A DNA stretch of 64,000 nt from Pyrinomonadaceae bacterium (lineage in GTDB: Bacteria > Acidobacteriota > Blastocatellia > Pyrinomonadales > Pyrinomonadaceae), in assembly GCA_036001745.1 (NCBI GenBank), contig DASYTZ010000142.1, positions 1,131 to 65,130 on the forward strand, read 5' to 3'. The first letter of the stretch is position 1. Every line of letters begins with the position of its first letter. A program made the translations under genes and the position numbers. The notes beneath the pieces were generated by a model, which saw only the letters and a program-made list of their open reading frames with translations, made no database searches and was not told the DNA's origin. Shown here in pieces: positions 1 to 7,441 of the stretch.

Positions 1-64
1 AAAATTACCGCGTGGCATTTTCGGATGAGGATGTAGATTCGGAGTACAAGGTGGTGTAACAACA

Positions 65-98
65 GACATCAGAAGTCAGAAGTCAGAAGTCAGATGTC
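65..98. repeat. Left arm of a heptamer-array inverted repeat (CAGAAGT x3 then CAGATGT) flanking the four-helix-bundle gene
   Basis: Read directly: GACATCAGAAGTCAGAAGTCAGAAGTCAGATGTC. The reverse complement of 561..590 matches about 25 of 29 aligned positions. Confidence 0.85.
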
Positions 99-131
99 AA
101 AGATCTTAGCCCCCACTGAGAGAGGTGAACA

Positions 132-542
132 ATGCCTGTCGAAGCGACTGCGAAACAGCCTATCCGGATAAACTCTGCCAAAGATTTGCAGGTGTACAAG
201 GTTGCTTACGAGCTGGCGATGAAAATCTTTGAAATTAGCAAGAGATTTCCGCCTGAAGAACGATTCGCGTTAACAAGTCAGATTCGACGATCCTCGCGGT
301 CCGTTTGCCTGAATCTTCGGGAAGCGTGGGCAAAACGGCGATATGAGGCACACTTTGTCAGCAAGCTTACCGATTGTGATGGCGAAAACAGTGAAACCGA
401 CTCATCACTAGACTTCGCGCGCGACTGTGGCTATATAACGACTGAACAGCATGCTCGTTTGGTAGCCCGGTGCGAAGAGGTCGGCAAGATGCTCGGAAGT
501 ATGATCAAACATCCCGTTTCGTTTTTGATATCCTTTCACTGA
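132..542 (+). CDS. Four-helix-bundle protein (23S rRNA intervening-sequence protein family, same family as DGR Avd)
   Basis: The ATG is preceded by GAGAGGTG. The sequence VYKVAYELAMKIFEISKRFPPEERFALTSQIRRSSRSVCLNLREAW...EQHARLVARCEEVGKMLGSMIK is typical of this family. The gene looks AT-richer than its flanks by eye. Confidence 0.85.
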   Translation: MPVEATAKQPIRINSAKDLQVYKVAYELAMKIFEISKRFPPEERFALTSQIRRSSRSVCLNLREAWAKRRYEAHFVSKLTDCDGENSETDSSLDFARDCGYITTEQHARLVARCEEVGKMLGSMIKHPVSFLISFH

Positions 543-560
543 CCAGCACGCCGCGTTGTT

Positions 561-590
561 CTGACGTCTGATATCTGACGTCTGATGTCT
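561..590. repeat. Right arm of the heptamer-array inverted repeat (CTGACGT CTGATAT CTGACGT CTGATGT)
   Basis: Read directly. It is complementary to 65..98. It contains the first ATG (585) of the downstream cyclase ORF. Confidence 0.85.
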
Positions 591-2465
591 ATGCCTTTTC
601 GCCAATTCCATTACCGCTGGCAATTCGATCTCCGATCTTCTCCCGAAAAACTTTGGCCTCTGGTCGCCGACACGAATCGCTTTAATCGCGACACGGGTGT
701 GCCGGCGGTGGAGGCGGTTGGCGAAAAGAGCGGGACCGCCCGTCGTTTGAGGTTGTCGAGTTTTGGAATTCCTGTCGAATGGGAAGAGCAGCCTTTCGAG
801 TGGGTGCGGCCGCAGCGCTTCGGCGTTGTCCGTCGTTACACCAAAGGCCCGATCGCTGAGTTGCGTGTGCTGGCACAGTTGACGCCGATCGAAAACGCAG
901 CTGGCGGTTCATCATCGGACCGTCGCGCCAACGGTTCGGTTGGGACGAAGCTCATCTACGAAGTCTGGGCGAAACCGAAAAATCTTCTCGGGACGTTGGC
1001 CATTCCAATTCAAATCGGCATCATCAGCGCACGAAATTTCGCCCGCACGTTTCGGCAGTACGATGAACTGGCGCAAAGCGAATCTGCGGCAGCGACGACT
1101 CCTGCTGCCGAAGTTGAATTCACTCCCGGAGGTCGCTCGCGGCTCGTGGAACTCGGTGAGCGCCTCATTGCGAACACCTGCGACGAAGAGTTGGTTGCCC
1201 TGCTTGTCGATCACATCGAGAACGCTGACGATTTTGCATTGTCGCGCATTCGGCCTTATCGACTTGCGAAGCACTGGCAGAAGCCGCGCCGCGATGTTTT
1301 GGAGCTTTGCTTTCAGGCCACGCGCGTGGGCATGCTCGACCTGCAATGGAATCTCGTCTGCCCGATGTGCCGCGGCGGCGACGCAAAGGAATCGCTCAGC
1401 GAGCTGTCGGCGAATGTGCACTGCGCCGGCTGCAACATAGATTTCGGCGTGAACTTCGAGCAGTCAGTCGAACTCACGTTTCGTCCCAATCCGTCGATTC
1501 GGAATATAGACGTGGAAACGTTCTGCATCGGCGGTCCGCAGGTCACGCCGCACATCGTCGCGCAACAGTTGCTTGCGCCCCAGTCGCAAAGATCGGTCAG
1601 CATTCAACTCGAGGAGGGTCGTTATCGTTTGCGGACGTCTGGTCTGTCAGGCCGGCAACATCTGCGCGTGACAGAGGATGGTCCGTGCGGAACGGTTTTG
1701 CGGGCGTGTCCGGATGGTTGGTCAAACAGCGAAGTGGAGATCTCCAGAACTTGTAAACTGGAACTCGAGAACGCCACGACTGATGAGCAACTCTTCATTC
1801 TTGAGCGCACCGAATTCTCGGACGAAGCGGCGACGGCGGCGGAAGTAACCGCGGTTCAGATGTTCCGTGATCTGTTTGCGCGCGAAGCTCTGCGTCCAGG
1901 TGAACAGATTTCAGTTGGGACGCTCACGGTGCTTTTTACAGATTTGAAAAACTCGACCAGGTTGTATCGCGAAATAGGCGACGCGACTGCCTTCGGCCGC
2001 GTGATGAATCACTTCGACGTTCTGAAGCAGACCATCGCTTCGGAAGACGGCGCGCTGGTTAAGACGATTGGCGATGCCGTGATGGCTGTGTTCCGCCGGC
2101 CCGCAAATGCTCTGCGTGCGATGCTCGAAGCGCAGCAGCAGCTCGCGAATCCACCTGACGGAATGTTGCCACTGACGTTGAAAGCCGGATTGCACACCGG
2201 CCCATGCATCGCGGTGACGCTGAATGATCGTCTTGATTATTTCGGCTCGACCGTAAATTTGGCGGCGCGTCTGGAAGGCCAATCGACCGGTGATGACGTC
2301 ATTATTTCTAACGTCGTCTATTCTGATCCCGAAGTACGCGAACTATTGAGCGAGTGCCCGGCCGGTCTTGCTGCGACGCGATTCACGATTCCGTTGAAGG
2401 GATTCGACGATGAGCAATTCGAGTTGTGGCGCGTCGCGCGCGCCGCCGCCGTACATGCAAAATAA
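585..2465 (+). CDS. Class III adenylate/guanylate cyclase with an N-terminal SRPBCC-like region and a Cys4 cluster
   Basis: The C-terminal FTDLKNSTRLY...KTIGDAVMAVF...GLHTGPC...DYFGSTVNLAARLE matches the class III cyclase catalytic domain. A CPMCRGG...CAGCN cluster lies mid-protein. The start is 585 or 591; both are ATG. Confidence 0.85.
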   Translation: MSMPFRQFHYRWQFDLRSSPEKLWPLVADTNRFNRDTGVPAVEAVGEKSGTARRLRLSSFGIPVEWEEQPFEWVRPQRFGVVRRYTKGPIAELRVLAQLTPIENAAGGSSSDRRANGSVGTKLIYEVWAKPKNLLGTLAIPIQIGIISARNFARTFRQYDELAQSESAAATTPAAEVEFTPGGRSRLVELGERLIANTCDEELVALLVDHIENADDFALSRIRPYRLAKHWQKPRRDVLELCFQATRVGMLDLQWNLVCPMCRGGDAKESLSELSANVHCAGCNIDFGVNFEQSVELTFRPNPSIRNIDVETFCIGGPQVTPHIVAQQLLAPQSQRSVSIQLEEGRYRLRTSGLSGRQHLRVTEDGPCGTVLRACPDGWSNSEVEISRTCKLELENATTDEQLFILERTEFSDEAATAAEVTAVQMFRDLFAREALRPGEQISVGTLTVLFTDLKNSTRLYREIGDATAFGRVMNHFDVLKQTIASEDGALVKTIGDAVMAVFRRPANALRAMLEAQQQLANPPDGMLPLTLKAGLHTGPCIAVTLNDRLDYFGSTVNLAARLEGQSTGDDVIISNVVYSDPEVRELLSECPAGLAATRFTIPLKGFDDEQFELWRVARAAAVHAK

Positions 2466-2558
2466 CCACAGAGGACACAGAGGAAGACCTCCGACACAAG
2501 CTGAAATCACAGGCTCTGCATTTTCTGTAGTTGCTGCATTCTCTGTGTCCTCTGTGGT
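2465..2558. repeat. Perfect 18-bp inverted repeat (ACCACAGAGGACACAGAG / CTCTGTGTCCTCTGTGGT) with a 58-nt spacer
   Basis: Arms at 2465..2482 and 2541..2558, read directly. The left arm is built from tandem CACAGAGGA units. It fills the gap between the cyclase stop and the ABC ATPase start. Confidence 0.9.
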
Positions 2559-2567
2559 GAAAGCCAA

Positions 2568-3239
2568 ATGCCAATAATCGAAACCCGCCAAGTCACTCGT
2601 ATCTACCAAATGGGAGCCAACCAGGTTGCGGCGCTGGACGGCGTCAGCATGGGCGCTGACGAGGGCGAGTTCGTCGCGATTCAGGGGACTTCCGGTTCCG
2701 GAAAGTCTACACTTTTGAATGTTCTCGGCGGACTTGATCGGCCGACAAGCGGCGATGTTTTATTTGACTCGCAGCTGCTCGGGCCGCGCACTAAAAAGCA
2801 AATGGCGCGCTATCGCCGCTTCTCAGTCGGGATGATCTTTCAAAATTTCAACTTGATCCCGACGATGACGGCGGCTGAGAACGTGCGACTGGCGCTGGCA
2901 TTTGGCGGAGTGCGCGGAGTTGAGCGGCGCCAGCGTGCGGCCGAGTTGCTCGAACGCGTCGGCTTGTCTGATCGAAGGGAGCATCGTCCGGGCGAGTTGT
3001 CTGGCGGCGAGCAGCAGCGCGTCGCAATCGCGCGAGCATTGGCGAACCGGCCGCGCGTTTTGCTTGCCGATGAACCGACAGGAAACTTGGACTCGACGCG
3101 CGCTCACGAACTCTTGTCACTTCTGCGCGAGATGGTCGACCGCGACCGTTTGACTGTGTTGTTGGTCACGCACGATCGCGAACTGGCGAGCAGCTTCGCT
3201 GACAGAATCATCACGATGAAAGACGGACGAGTAGCGTAG
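2568..3239 (+). CDS. ABC transporter ATP-binding protein (MacB/LolD/FtsE-like), no adjacent permease
   Basis: Walker [10 protein letters not shown], signature LSGGEQQR, Walker B LLADEPT. Confidence 0.9.
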   Translation: MPIIETRQVTRIYQMGANQVAALDGVSMGADEGEFVAIQGTSGSGKSTLLNVLGGLDRPTSGDVLFDSQLLGPRTKKQMARYRRFSVGMIFQNFNLIPTMTAAENVRLALAFGGVRGVERRQRAAELLERVGLSDRREHRPGELSGGEQQRVAIARALANRPRVLLADEPTGNLDSTRAHELLSLLREMVDRDRLTVLLVTHDRELASSFADRIITMKDGRVA

Positions 3240-3289
3240 CGCAAGTTGTTAACTTGCGTTCACATTCGCAAATTAACAATTTGCGCTAC
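3236..3289 (+). promoter_or_regulatory. Nested palindrome: two near-identical 19-nt hairpins (CGCAAGTT-GTT-AACTTGCG and CGCAAATT-AAC-AATTTGCG) whose outer segments are also complementary
   Basis: Four segments at 3236..3247, 3251..3258, 3267..3274 and 3278..3289. Pairings 1:2, 3:4, 2:3 (7 of 8) and 1:4 (11 of 12) are all possible. It lies between the ABC ATPase stop and the GAGG-ATG of the cNMP-binding gene. Confidence 0.4.
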
Positions 3290-3307
3290 ATTCATGAGGT
3301 AAATCCC

Positions 3308-4198
3308 ATGTCAACACCGATTCCCCATGGCATGACCATCGAAGCGATTCGATCCGTGCCGCTTTTTGCTTCGCTGACTGATGAAGACGCGCAGGAACTG
3401 CTCACGCTTTTGCAGAGTCGCGCCATCACAGCCGGCACGTCGTTATTTCACGCGGGCGAACTGGGCGACGCGATGTATCTGATTCAGAGTGGTCGCGTGC
3501 GCATCGCGGTGAAGGACGCGGAAGGGAAGCAGATCGTTTTGGCCGAGCTGGCGCAGGGCGATTTCTTCGGCGAAATGTCCATCATCGATGGCAAGCAGCG
3601 TTCAGCCGATGCGGCCGTAATCGAAGACGCGCATCTTTCTGTTCTATCGCGCGAAGATTTCCTGCGGTTCGTCAACACCAATCCGGGCGTCGCGCTCGAA
3701 ATGTTGAGCGCTGTCTTCCAGCGTCTGCGGCATACCGACAAGATGTTGCAACAACGTGTGTCGCGCAACGTTAATGAAGAGCAAGACAAGCGGATGACAA
3801 TCGCGGATCGCGCTGCGGATGTCATCGCCGAATTTGGCGGTAGCTGGAAGTTCATTATCACTGCCATCGGAATCATCATCGCTTGGATCATCTTCAACTC
3901 TTACGTGCTGGTTAGAGGATTCGACCCCGTGCCTTACCAGATGCTGAACCTCGTCATGGGCATCATTGCCGGGTTGCAAGCGCCGATCATCATGATGTCG
4001 CAGAATCGCCAGGGCTCGAAAGATCGTCTCCGCGCCGATCTGGATTATCAAGTGAACCTAAAGAATGAAATCGCGCTTTCCGAAGTGCTGCGACGGCTCG
4101 ATGTGCTTGAGAGCGAGCGCCTGCCGCTTTTGTTTGCGCAGCAGAACGAGCGATTGGTGGAAGTGAAAACTACGGCAGCTGCTGGTCCGCAATCCTAA
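3308..4198 (+). CDS. Cyclic-nucleotide-binding domain protein fused to a DUF1003-type membrane domain
   Basis: N-terminal cNMP-binding pattern: LFASLTDEDAQEL...GELGDAMYLIQSGRVRI...GDFFGEMSIIDGKQRSADA. C-terminal GSWKFIITAIGIIIAWII...MMSQNRQGSKDRLRADLDYQVNLK is DUF1003-like. I chose the ATG at 3308 (GAGG 10 nt upstream) over the track TTG at 3254, which lies inside the palindrome. Confidence 0.8.
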   Translation: MSTPIPHGMTIEAIRSVPLFASLTDEDAQELLTLLQSRAITAGTSLFHAGELGDAMYLIQSGRVRIAVKDAEGKQIVLAELAQGDFFGEMSIIDGKQRSADAAVIEDAHLSVLSREDFLRFVNTNPGVALEMLSAVFQRLRHTDKMLQQRVSRNVNEEQDKRMTIADRAADVIAEFGGSWKFIITAIGIIIAWIIFNSYVLVRGFDPVPYQMLNLVMGIIAGLQAPIIMMSQNRQGSKDRLRADLDYQVNLKNEIALSEVLRRLDVLESERLPLLFAQQNERLVEVKTTAAAGPQS

Positions 4199-4200
4199 AA

Positions 4201-4893
4201 GTGATCCAGGCAATCTTTTTCGATTTCAATGGTGTCATCATTAACGACGAGCAGATTCATCTGCGCGCATATCGCGAGGTGTTGCAAGAGCACGCAGTGG
4301 AACTGACTGACGACGATTACTTAAAGTGTCTCGGGATGGATGACGTGGCATTCACGCGCGCCGCATTCGCGCGCGCGGAACTCGAGGTGGATGACGAAAC
4401 GGCACGGTCGATTATCGATCGCGAACACGAACTTCATCGGTCGATCATCGAGGCCGAAGTGCCGTTCGCTCCCGGCGTCATCACGTTCATCAAGGAAGCC
4501 GCACGGAAATACGAACTTGCCATCGTCAGCATGGCTGAACTTTCGGAAATCGAGCACGTGCTCATTCCGCCGAATCTGCTTCAATACTTTGCGGTGACAG
4601 TGACCGCCGAACCAGGCCTGAATCATAAGCCTGCGCCCGATTGTTACCGGCGCGCGCTGGAGCTTCTGAACTCGAAGCGCCGCACCAATCGAAAATTGCC
4701 GCTGGTCCCAAATGAATGTCTGGTGATTGAAGACGCCCCGCCAGGAGTCGAGGCCGCGCGGGCCGCCGGTATGCGAACACTGGCTGTAACGAACACGGTC
4801 GCAGAAGAGTTGTTGCGAGCCGCAGGCGCTGAGGTGGTGACTGCAAGTCTCGCCGACTGGAACACGGATGCCGTGCGCTTGGTATTTAGATAA
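4201..4893 (+). CDS. HAD-IA family hydrolase (beta-phosphoglucomutase-like)
   Basis: N-terminal FFDFNGVII (DxD-type motif I variant) and C-terminal VIEDAPPGVEAARAAGM. GTG start 3 nt after the upstream stop. Confidence 0.8.
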   Translation: MIQAIFFDFNGVIINDEQIHLRAYREVLQEHAVELTDDDYLKCLGMDDVAFTRAAFARAELEVDDETARSIIDREHELHRSIIEAEVPFAPGVITFIKEAARKYELAIVSMAELSEIEHVLIPPNLLQYFAVTVTAEPGLNHKPAPDCYRRALELLNSKRRTNRKLPLVPNECLVIEDAPPGVEAARAAGMRTLAVTNTVAEELLRAAGAEVVTASLADWNTDAVRLVFR

Positions 4894-5223
4894 CCGGCTC
4901 ACCAAGCTTCGTGTTCGGGAGTGCTGCCGCACGGCCCTGACAAGTGCAATCTTGCCCCACACTTATTTCTCAAGTTTTACTTCGCCGCAGTTCAAAACCG
5001 CTCGGTCTGCTGCTGCAAAATCGTACGATTTAATTGCACCGATTTTGTGACTCCCTTGTTCTTTCGTGATTCACTTCCAAATGAACAACGATTCGCGCGA
5101 TGATCGCCTCTGAACTTTGTCCATTGGAATACGAGTTGCTGAATCACTGGCCGTTGCAGTCAATCGAAATGCACAGACTTCGTCATTGGTGACTTCAGTA
5201 ATCAGCTCTCCCCAGCACTAATT

Positions 5224-7344
5224 ATGCAAACACTTTCGAACGCATCGCTTAAAGATCGACTGTCTGCTGCCGAGCCCGTGCGCGCCAAGCTCACGGTGGC
5301 CCCGGCGCCAGAGCGGCGGCTGCTGAATCGCGAGATCAGCCTGATCGAATTCTTTCGTCACGTGCTGGATGAAGCGCGTGATGAGAGCAATCCGCTGCTC
5401 GAACGGCTGCGATTTCTAACTATTTTCTCCAGCATCGTGGACGAGTTCTTCATGGTCCGCGTTTCCGGCCTGAAGGAAGAAGTCGAGCACGGATACACGC
5501 AGCCTTCGCCGGATGGCCTGACGGCTGCTGAACAGTTGCGGGAAATTCGCAGCCGGCTTGAACCGATGTTCGCCGAACAGATGCGCTGTTTGCAGGAAGA
5601 GATCCTGCCGGAGCTCGCGCGCCACGGAATCGAAGTCGCTCCGTATGCTTCATTGTCGAACATTGAACGCGAACAAGCCGACGAGTACTTTGCTCATCAT
5701 GTCTTCCCGGTGCTGACGCCGCTGGCGGTCGATCCATCGCACCCGTTCCCTTACATTTCGGGCCTAAGCCTGAATTTCGGAATCATGGTGAAGGCCGCGG
5801 AATCAGACGATGAAAAGGGATCGTTTGTGCGTCTGAAAGTTCCGCCGACGCTGCCGGGTTTGGTGTTGGTTGGCCCGCACGCGAAGTACACATTTCTGAG
5901 CGATGTAGTTACCGCGAATCTGAGTTCGTTGTTTCCGGGAATGACGGTCTTGCAAGCGCACACGTTCCGCGTCACGCGCGATGCCGACATCGATGTGCGC
6001 GAAGACGAAGCCGAGGATTTGCTGCGTGCGTTGCAGAAAGAGCTGCGCAAGCGGCGGTTTGGCGCGCCCGTGCGTCTCGAAATTTCAAAGGGGATGCCTG
6101 ACGAGATGGCGGCGTATCTGATGGAATCAATCGGCGTCGAGCCTGACGATGTCTACGTGCTTGACGGGCCGCTGAACATCCAGGACATGGACCAGCTTTG
6201 CGAATTGGATCGTCCGCATTTGAAGTACCGGCCGCTGCGCACAATCATTCCAGCGCCGTTACAGGAGCGGGAGTCGATCTTTGATGCGATCAAGCGCCGA
6301 GACGTGCTGCTGCATCACCCGTACACAGACTACTCGGTCGTGGTTGATTTCATCCGGGCGGCTGCGTTTGATCCGAATGTGTTGGCGATCAAGATTTGCT
6401 TGTACCGAACTGGGCAGCAATCTGAAATCGCCGAGGTGTTGCATCAAGCCGGCGAAATGGGCAAGCAGGTCACCGCGTTAATCGAGCTGAAGGCGCGCTT
6501 CGACGAAGAGAACAACATCGAGTGGGCGCAGCGGCTCGAGCGCGCGGGCGTGCACGTTGTCTATGGGCTCATTGGTTTGAAGACGCACTGCAAGTTGTCG
6601 CTGGTCGTGCGGCGCGAAGGAGAGACGCTGCGTCGTTATGTGCACATCGCCACGGGCAACTACAATCCGACGTCGTCCTCGACCTACACGGATTTCGGCA
6701 TCTTCACCGCTGACGAACAAATCGGCGAGGACGCGACTGAATTCTTCAATTATTTAACTGGGCACTCGCGGCAGGCAGAGTATCGAAAGCTGCTGGTCTC
6801 GCCGGTGAATCTGCGCGAGAAGCTTACGCAGCTAATTGAGCGGGAAACCGCGCACGCAAAATCAGGACGACAGGGGCGAATTGTCGCAAAACTGAATCGG
6901 CTTGCTGACGGGGCAATCATTGAAAGCTTGTACGAGGCTTCGCAGGCCGGCGTCTCGATCGATTTAATCGTGCGCGGCATCTGCATGTTGCGTCCGGGCG
7001 TTCCTGGACTGTCGGAAAACATTCGCGTGCGCAGCATTGTCGGCCGGTTCCTCGAGCACAGTCGAGTGATCTACTTCCTGAACGACGGCAACGAAGAGAT
7101 CTATCTCGGCAGTGCTGACTGGATGGTTCGCAATCTAAATCGACGCGTCGAGATCGTGATGCCGGTGCAGGATCCCCGTTTGAAAAAGTATCTCAAGGAA
7201 GACGTGCTCGAAGTCTATCTGCGCGATAACGTCAAAGTGCGCGAGCTGCAACCCGACGGCTCGTACGTTCGCGTCTGCCGCGACGACGGCGCCGACGGCT
7301 TCGACAGCCAGATGTACTTCGAAGGCATCGACATCAACACCTGA
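5224..7344 (+). CDS. ppk: Polyphosphate kinase 1
   Basis: 706 aa. NREISLIEFFRHVLDEA...NPLLERLRFLTIFSSIVDEFFMVRV and the C-terminal PLD-like repeats (RFLEHSRV) are typical of PPK1. Confidence 0.95.
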   Translation: MQTLSNASLKDRLSAAEPVRAKLTVAPAPERRLLNREISLIEFFRHVLDEARDESNPLLERLRFLTIFSSIVDEFFMVRVSGLKEEVEHGYTQPSPDGLTAAEQLREIRSRLEPMFAEQMRCLQEEILPELARHGIEVAPYASLSNIEREQADEYFAHHVFPVLTPLAVDPSHPFPYISGLSLNFGIMVKAAESDDEKGSFVRLKVPPTLPGLVLVGPHAKYTFLSDVVTANLSSLFPGMTVLQAHTFRVTRDADIDVREDEAEDLLRALQKELRKRRFGAPVRLEISKGMPDEMAAYLMESIGVEPDDVYVLDGPLNIQDMDQLCELDRPHLKYRPLRTIIPAPLQERESIFDAIKRRDVLLHHPYTDYSVVVDFIRAAAFDPNVLAIKICLYRTGQQSEIAEVLHQAGEMGKQVTALIELKARFDEENNIEWAQRLERAGVHVVYGLIGLKTHCKLSLVVRREGETLRRYVHIATGNYNPTSSSTYTDFGIFTADEQIGEDATEFFNYLTGHSRQAEYRKLLVSPVNLREKLTQLIERETAHAKSGRQGRIVAKLNRLADGAIIESLYEASQAGVSIDLIVRGICMLRPGVPGLSENIRVRSIVGRFLEHSRVIYFLNDGNEEIYLGSADWMVRNLNRRVEIVMPVQDPRLKKYLKEDVLEVYLRDNVKVRELQPDGSYVRVCRDDGADGFDSQMYFEGIDINT

Positions 7345-7441
7345 GTCGTTGTTGCCAATCCTTCCCAAATCCCATATAAGTCGCGACTTGGGCTTTTGCT
7401 AACCGGATTTATTCGGTCGGGTGTAGTCTTAGAACCGAAGC

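Noticed and set aside
3-59. Open frame reaching the left window edge (…NYRVAFSDEDVDSEYKVV-stop), possibly the 3' end of an upstream gene
   Set aside because: Only 18 codons are visible. That is too short to support as a feature.
132-542. Diversity-generating retroelement, because the four-helix-bundle protein belongs to the Avd family
   Set aside because: The window contains no reverse transcriptase, no template/variable repeat pair and no target gene with a C-type-lectin fold. Only the accessory-like protein is present.
4868-5103. Two 60-aa ORFs in the 330-nt HAD-ppk spacer
   Set aside because: They have no RBS, overlap each other and have odd composition. The region is more likely the ppk promoter and leader. 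I could not identify any element in it.
7378-7389. AAGTCGCGACTT palindrome after ppk as a terminator
   Set aside because: A 12-nt perfect palindrome leaves no loop, and only a weak GGGCTTTT follows. It is not convincing as an intrinsic terminator.
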